The translations under genes were made by a program, and so were the position numbers. Source: Octopus sinensis (Eukaryota). Taken from it: 64,000 nucleotides of DNA. Below, piece by piece: positions 56,547 through 64,000 of this stretch (position 1 is the stretch's first letter; every line of letters starts with the position of its first letter). The notes under the pieces are model-generated. The model ran no database searches. It worked only from the letters and a program-made list of their open reading frames with translations, and was not told the DNA's origin. The stretch spans positions 24,738,001-24,802,000 of the forward strand of contig NC_043009.1 in assembly GCF_006345805.1 (NCBI RefSeq). The letters run 5' to 3'.

Positions 56547-57520
56547 ATAAATGAAAGAACGGAGCTGAACGACGAATTAACAAAATTCCTTTATTTTATT
56601 TTCGACATATGTTTCGAAGGCTGCATATTCCTAATTTCGAAGGAATAAGGGGTGCATTATGCAGCCTTCTCATCAGGAAAAGTAAGGAACTTATGTCAGC
56701 ATCAAGATGCACAAAAATTTTTAGATTCCTGCCCACACGGAGCCCATAGCGATAATGAGTGTTTCTTTAAAATATTCCGTTATAAGTAGTGACGTCAAAA
56801 ATGGTTGAATGTAGAAGATTCTAGAAGGTTCAAGGGTTCAAACAAGGTTGTAGGAGAGAGACCTAAGAATAGGAAGGTAAATGGGTGCAGGTCAAATGAA
56901 TGGTGATTTTGTTGTTTTCTTTTGTGAATGAGTGCCTATGTGCGTGTATGTATATAACTGCATTAATGGCTATGTGTGTGTATGTGTGTGTGTGATTGTG
57001 TGTGTGGATGGGTAGATGCTAAAAACAGTGGTGAAGTGACAGGTTTGTGTCTGTGTGTTTGATTGTGCTTACGATAGAGAGAGGGAAAGAGAGAGAGAGA
57101 GGAGGGCGAGTTAGAGAGACAAAGGAAAAACACATCTCAATGGGTTGGCTAGTAGGTCTTTAAGAGTATAAAAATTGACTATGGGGGTGATATATAAATG
57201 GGACTATATTATTAAAATTCAAGGAGGTTATCTATATTAACCATTATTCATATGAGTGAAAGGTGTGTTTTTGCCAGTGCATGCATCTAAAGGATTTCTC
57301 GACCATTGTATTTATTAAAGGAACTTTGGCGAACAAAATATGGAAAAGTTCAGAATTACAGACGCCACAAAATTTTATGCCTTTATCAAACGGAAAGGAT
57401 ACAGACAATATGGACCATTCCAGCTTGAAAGTTGTATTACTGTCCTTAAATAATACAATGTCCGAAAATAAAATAAAGGAATTTTGTTAATTCGGCGTTC
57501 AGCTCCGTTCTTTCATTTAT
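56547..57520 (-). mobile_element. Probable Penelope-like remnant with inverted ~60-bp terminal segments
   Basis: 56547-56606 and 57459-57520 are inverted repeats (2 differences). A hammerhead lies adjacent to the left arm. Confidence 0.6.
56599..56681 (-). ncRNA. Minimal type I hammerhead ribozyme
   Basis: Minus strand: TTTTC (stem I) CTGATGA GAAGGCTGCATA-30 nt-TATGCAGCCTTC (perfect 12-bp stem II) GAAA CATATG (palindromic stem III) TC / GAAAA (stem I). All core nucleotides are canonical and the cleavage triplet is GUC. Confidence 0.85.
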
Positions 57521-57521
57521 C

Positions 57522-57579
<58 letters not shown>

Positions 57580-57860
57580 TATAATATCGTGATATATATA
57601 TGGTGGTGTGTGTGTGTGTGTCTGTCTGTCTGTGTGTTTCCCTAAAACTTGAGAACTACACAACCAATTTCATTCAAATTTTACACATGCCTTACTTAGG
57701 GTTCATGTAGTTTCATGGGAAAAATGTTCAACTTCTTGCCTAGAGCGAGCCCATAGCAATATCATATCTTCTCCACTATTTCAGTATTACGTGTTAAAAG
57801 TGAAACAAAAACATTTCTCTATTTTATGTCAGATACTTTCACTTTAACAATAAAAATAAT
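57520..57860 (+). mobile_element. Non-autonomous Helitron/HINE-like 5' portion
   Basis: TC-TATTATA start after an A, (TGTC)n microsatellite, and gagaactacacaaccaatttcattcaaatttt motif. No convincing 3' end found. Confidence 0.45.
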
Positions 57861-58574
57861 AAAAATAATTGAATTATATGCAGTAAGTAATAATTAAAAT
57901 CAAACTATAATATAATCGTAACATAACAGAAGTAAAAATAACAATTGGTATAAAATTGCATCAATGAATTGAACTTCAATAAGTGGTTTCACATGAATGG
58001 GAATAAATTAAAAATAAAATTAGCGTGCAGAAATGGAATAGTCCAGATGGATAATAAAACATTAAATTAAAGAAAAGACTATTGTCTATAAAGTATACAA
58101 TGTAGAGAAAAAAAGAAGATTTGAACACATGGAGGAAAGCACCTTCGAAAAGTGTCTTGGTGCGACTATGAAAGATATCTAATCAGACGCGGTAAATTCG
58201 CCACAATAGAAGCAAGGTTCGAGTCAACGGAGTGTGCAAGGGAGTACTCGACTCGAACTTGCAAAGTGGAAATATTTTATTTTTACCTTTATATCTGGGA
58301 CGTAGGACGTCCTGGAAAAAAATTTAAAATGCACCCCCACCCACCACCAGAAGTAGAGGTAGGCTAGATTGTAGCAACACTTCTATACAAGAGGGAGGAC
58401 AAGATACAATTGATCGAAATTACAAGAGACGGGCTAACAATTCCAGTCTGTTATATATTTTGTGTATAGTTATCACTAGCGATATCAAGATATAACTTTG
58501 TATTTTGTATTTTATGCGTAGATGTATATATATATATAGATGTACATGTAATATGTACACATATATATACATGC

Positions 58575-58620
58575 ACTAGCACTATGACCCGGCAACGACG
58601 GGTCTTTAATGGTAGTATAT
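58575..58620 (-). mobile_element. Helitron 3' terminus (hairpin + CTAG|T)
   Basis: Minus strand: GACCCG-TCGTTGC-CGGGTC, 6 nt, CTAG, then T. Confidence 0.65.
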
Positions 58621-58671
58621 ATATATATATATATGTATGTATATATATATATGCATATATAAAAAAATATG

Positions 58672-58712
<41 letters not shown>

Positions 58713-58737
58713 CTCTCCCTCTCTCTCTTTCGGACCG

Positions 58738-59262
58738 TGAAGCAATCCAGAGAAGATTCACAAAGAAAATCGTCTCTTTGCAACAGCTCAGCTACTGGGA
58801 AAGGTTGAAACAGCTAAGACTCCACTCCCTGGAGAGAAGATAGGAAAGGTATGCAGTAATATATATCTGGAAGATCCTGGAAGGAATTATGCCAAATTTT
58901 GGCATTGAAAGCTACATCAACGCCAGAACGGGACGACACTGCGTAGTACCAAATATCCCAGCAACGCCATCACACTTCCCGACCAGTTACTGCAACAGCC
59001 TGGGTTTCAGAGGCCCACAGCTTTTTTATATTCTCCCAAAGAGTCTGAGGAACTTGCATAAAGTAGATGTAGGGATTTTTAAAGCTGGACCTCTTCCTGT
59101 CGAGAGTCCCAGATGAACCTACCTCACGGCAAGAGGTGCAAATGAGGATAGCTATATCAAACTCCATTCTTCACCAAGTGCCACATATTAGAGGAGGCTC
59201 TTAGTAACAACAGTGTAGCAAAACGGCGGTGCATCAGCATGGCCCCAGCTCTGAGCTGAAAC
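58738..59262 (+). mobile_element. CR1/L2-group LINE 3' end
   Basis: [11 protein letters not shown]...LSYWERLKQLRLHSLERR, YIWKILEG, SLGFRGPQLFYILPKSLRNL, followed by the 3' UTR. Confidence 0.85.
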
Positions 59263-59268
59263 TAGAGA

Positions 59269-59319
<51 letters not shown>

Positions 59320-59327
<8 letters not shown>

Positions 59328-59597
59328 ACTGCACACAGGGGCTAAAAATAGAAGGGGACAAACAAGGACAGACAAAGGTATTAAGTCGATTACATCGATC
59401 CCAGTGCGAAAATGGTACTTTATATATATAAGGGCAGAAGTGGCTGTGTGGTAAGTAGCCTGCCTACCAACCACATGGTTCTGGGTTCAGTCCCACTGCG
59501 TGGAAACTTGGGCAGGTGTCTTCTACTATAGCCTCGGGCCGACCAAATCCGTGTGAGTGGATTTGGTAGACAGAAACTGAAAGAAGCCCGTCGTATA
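59320..59597. mobile_element. SINE family B tail (minus, 59320-59420) and family A head (plus, 59432-59597)
   Basis: ggggacaaacaaggacagacaa...aagtcgattacatcgat; gtggctgtgtggtaagtagc...gggttcagtccc. Confidence 0.82.
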
Positions 59598-59692
59598 TAA
59601 ATTATTCACAACGACCTCGAACCCACAAGAGTAAACAAGAGAGACAAGATAAATGCCCTTTGTATTTGAATACTATGCAAATATTCCTTTAA

Positions 59693-60225
59693 AAGCTACA
59701 GTAACACCCACCCTTAGTGGTTAGCCATATTGATATGGCAAATATACCTCACATTGTCGTGCAGCTACTGTTTATACCTCGTTCAGAGATGTATTATTGC
59801 TTGCATACAGTTTTTCGAGATCAGTGATGAAAAGTTACTGGAAAAATGATATAAGTATTTGCATTGGGACCCCTTTCATCGAAAACCGGTGATTGTCGTA
59901 CGCTGATGACAGGTCAATACCTAGAAACTGCAGTCAATGCGTATCACTTAGGTTGACGATGGAAGGATGACCTCCCTTTGCAAATACCTTAGGGCAGCTG
60001 GAGGAGATGTTCTCCTGGGGGCTACAAGCTACAGTAACACCCACCCTTAGTGGTTAGCCATAATGAGATGGCAAATATACCTCACATTGTCGTGCAGTTA
60101 CTGTTTATACCTTGTTCAGAGATTTATTATTACTTTTCATTTAATTTTTCCAAAATATAATTATTTTCCATACTTACAGTTGAAAAAGTCTCAATGACCG
60201 AAACCGGCACTGAAATGTTTTGTAT
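59693..60225 (+). repeat. ~105-bp direct repeat pair, each followed by a decayed hammerhead-like motif (probable Penelope pLTR tandem)
   Basis: 59693-59799 matches 60026-60131. CTGATGA-CAGGT-CAAT-ACCTA-GAAA-CTGCAG-TC at 59903-59935 and a weaker motif at ~60188-60222. Confidence 0.55.
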
Positions 60226-60319
60226 AAAATTATTTTAGCATTTTGTACCTTGACTTTTTTCAATATATGTATACATACATACATACATACATACATGCAT
60301 ACATATATACATACATACA

Positions 60320-60354
<35 letters not shown>

Positions 60355-60510
60355 ATATATATACATACATATATATATGTGTTTGTTTGTGTGTGTGCGT
60401 GTGTACGTGTGTGTGTTGTCTGTGTGTGTGTGTGTGTGTGCGTGTGTGTGTTTATGTATGTCTGTAAATCTATCCATCTGTCTGTTTGTCTATCTATCTC
60501 TCTTATCTTG

Positions 60511-60569
<59 letters not shown>

Positions 60570-60870
60570 AGCCTGCCTGTCTGCCGATTTGACTGTCTCC
60601 AGCCCCTCTGTCCCTCTCGTCCCTTCATGTCTAGTTGTATATTAAACTGAAGAATTACTCATAACTTTTTTTAGTGTACATGTTTATTAAACGAGAAAAG
60701 CGTTGTCAGTGACTTCGAAGTTTCTGCCAGCAAGCTTTTATCCGCACATACACATACACACAAACACACACACACACACACACACGCACAAACACATACA
60801 CACATGCATAGATATGCATACTTATATACATACATACCTTTATTTAGCTATCTATTTATCTATCTATCCT

Positions 60871-60919
<49 letters not shown>

Positions 60920-61072
60920 GTCTGTCTGTCTGTCTGTCTATACACACATATACCCACATCGATGTGTGTATATTCATATATATATTATATATATGTATAC
61001 ATATATACTTATACATATATATACATATATACCTATATATATATACATATACACATGCATACATACATACAT

Positions 61073-61139
<67 letters not shown>

Positions 61140-61764
61140 CATATGTATGTGTGTGTAAATACAAAGAGAGAAAACTAGATACACAAATCGATTTAGACGT
61201 ACACACAGACACACACACATATACACATACACATATTTCTTCATATATTCCACAGACGTTCAGCCATTTTTATTTCAATATACATTCTCTACCGACAGCC
61301 CCGCATCCGTCTCGCTGTAACGAATTCCGTTCCTATACTTCCATTTACGTATGATCTTACAGATTCTACTCCGTCTATTAGCTAATCCATTCATCAAATA
61401 AAAATCTCTGAGATATTTTCACTATTAATGCCGCTTGTTCAGTAATACATTTAAGTGATCCACGCGGATATATCTCATGAGATGCCGATGAAAGTTTTGA
61501 GTTCATTTCCACGCTAGTTTTACGCTAAACTCAGTCGAGAATGTCGTTCTCTTCCGTCAATCAATTTATCAAGCTATCTGCTACGATAGACAAAAAGTAA
61601 GTTAATGATGATGGTTTTTGAATACATTCTCCAGCTATCGTTCTAGTTATCTTTCTATCTTTCTATGTATTGATTTATCAAATTGAGACCTTCTATATAT
61701 GAACGTATGTATGAAGCTATAGATTTTAGAGTATGCGTATGGCCATATATAATATATAGGTCCA

Positions 61765-61895
<131 letters not shown>

Positions 61896-62050
61896 AAATT
61901 TCTTTATTGATTGCTGTAAGTAATCGCATACATTTTTCAATAAATGAAGTAAAATGGATGATCATATTTCTGTGTGTTGTGATTGTGTGGGAGTGTGAGT
62001 ATTGTGCCTATTATATGCATACATACAGACATATATACATACAAAAAATA

Positions 62051-62112
<62 letters not shown>

Positions 62113-62439
62113 TAGTATGTATATATATATAACGTGTGTGTGGTGCGTGGGGTGTTGGTGTGTATGTATATATTGCTTTTTTCTTGTATATACATACACA
62201 CACACACACACACACCATATATATATAATATATATATATATATTGCTGTATTACCATATATGTACTTCTGAAAATCAATCCCAATTCTTCTACATTCATA
62301 TCTATGCATTATTACTACATAGCTTAGGTTTTAAAATAAAGCGATGGACCAATTGCGTTGCTTGATCCGCTTACTAGGTTCAGTATTTGGACTGTGGCCA
62401 TATCAGGGCTTTATATTTAATAGGGTATTATATTTAACA

Positions 62440-64000
62440 TTTAGTAATTTTATACTGCCTCTTAAGGCCAACACATGTTTCAATTGTACCAATTAAATAT
62501 CGTTGTAATTGCAACCCTACTATATAACGATGCAGTCTCTTCAGCTTCTTTGCTTGATATCATTAAATGGTATGGCCATTTAATGGTTTTCTTTTATAAA
62601 CTCTGCGTTGTATAATGCAGGGCTGTCCGTTAAATCAGGTGCGGGCAATCTCTATTTCAAGTTCTTATAGGACAATCATTTTCAGTTCATTATTTCAAAA
62701 CCTTCTATAGTTTAAATGGTCATTATTCATTTATTCTTGGCAAACGTGAATTTCCTCGTGTGCAGGCTTCTGTGTGTTTGCTCCTGTCTAGAATTTAACA
62801 CATTATCTTTGAATGCGAAAATCCTGTAAAATCCTTCTAAACATAGGTCATATCTATTGGTTCCAAGTGTGTATGGTTTTGTAGTACAAATTAATTCCCA
62901 TTTACATTATTTACATTATTTAGATTATTTTTGTTCTCATCTTGTTTGTTGTTAACACAAAGTTTCGGCTGATATACTCTCCAGCCGTAAACAGGTGTCT
63001 TGGGGAAGAAAGCTAGAGGGTATATCAGCCGAAACGTTGTGTTAACAATAAACAAGATGAAGACAAATATCCATCGAATGTATATAATGTAAATAATGTA
63101 CATAATTCTTCATCTCTTAAATATAGAACTGTAATTCCCATTTAATAGTATAGTCCTTGTTGCTATCATTAAAAGACCAGATTAATTTGCTAAGACTCGT
63201 TTGGAACCTCTTTATTTTTGTCTTTAAATTAACTCAAATGATTTGCCAGTCTCCTCTTGAAAATTAACGATGTCCTACTGATGCAAAGGAATTCCTGACC
63301 CTCGGATGTAACTCACTATACATCTATATATGACATTTTTAGTTTTACACGTATTTTCCACATAACAGGATCCCTGTTTTGAGCAATTGCAAAGATAGTC
63401 TTTTATATTTCTCTCAGATTTAGTTTCAATTTGATCATTCATTGACGATGGCCTTCTTTCAATTTCTGCACAAAACTCGAGGTGCCACGCAGTAGGACTG
63501 AACCCGGAACCATGTGGTTGTGAAACAAACTTATTTCCACACAGCCACACTTCCACTTGTTTCTAGAAGCTCTTTAAGCAGACTTTTACGTAACGAAAAT
63601 TCAATATTAAAAATTATACGCATAAATGGGAATCTGTAATCAGCGTAGGAGAAACTGGTTTTCATTGCAATCGTCCATAAATACGCACCTTTTCATTACT
63701 TTTGAAAGGAATGTTTTCATCTGCACAACAGTTTCCTTAAAGAGTTTCATACTTTCCATTTTCTTTACTCTTTTTTTTTCCAGCAGTAACTGGACTTTCA
63801 TATATTTAAATGATAGATGTTTTGATGGGAATTTCAATCAATATATTCTTTGTTAAAAATACGGTTTGTATTTGGTATCTTAAATATTTTCAACAACGAT
63901 CTTAGGTCAGTAGTAATCTTTGCTCCGTGAAGTGCTTCGTTATGTTTTCATAGGAACGCCATATTGTACCCGTAGGTAGTATCTTAATGACATTCGAGAT
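62440..64000 (-). mobile_element. Penelope-like retroelement 3' part (RT-EN linker, GIY-YIG endonuclease, 3' repeat), decayed
   Basis: CNCSKQGSCYVENTCKTKNVIYRCIV, FKRRLANHLS, LSKLIWSF...YTIKWE, TTKPY...DLCLE...LNSRQE...H.RKF. Decayed CTGAAGA...GAAACATG motif at 62474-62544. Interrupted by a SINE A head (63478-63548) and a 227-bp insert. Confidence 0.88.
62905..63131. mobile_element. 227-bp palindromic insert with a 13-bp TSD
   Basis: TAATTCCCATTTA at 62892-62904 and 63132-63144. Internal ~45-bp inverted arms at 62937-62981 and 63015-63060. Confidence 0.85.

Overview
This is a repeat-saturated eukaryotic window, most likely Octopus (inferred from three tRNA-derived SINE families and the extreme density of TA/CA/GA/TATC/TAA microsatellites; not checked by search). 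It has one 100-N scaffold gap (7934-8033). I see no intact host protein-coding ORF: most of the supplied ORF track is translated microsatellite. The only host-gene signal is a possible first coding exon on the minus strand (19389-19443). Recognisable coding remnants are all transposon-derived: a mariner, four R4/Dong-type restriction-like-endonuclease LINE pieces next to (TAA)n, two CR1-like pieces, one RTE piece, a Penelope GIY-YIG element and a Tx1/L1-type ORF1. There are four main observations. (1) A complete 2.04-kb insertion bounded by a 16-bp target-site duplication sits inside a SINE head and encodes only ORF1 (RRM-like plus CCHC knuckle), with no reverse transcriptase. (2) An intact-looking minimal type I hammerhead ribozyme with a long stem II lies at 56599-56681; its predicted cleavage site coincides with the boundary of an inverted repeat. 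Several decayed relatives occur elsewhere, one with an unusual G at core position 3. (3) Two related tandem arrays (289-bp and about 487-bp units) each fold back on themselves. (4) A TIR element carries telomeric-like TTAGGG repeats. All calls were made by eye and none has been confirmed by database search.
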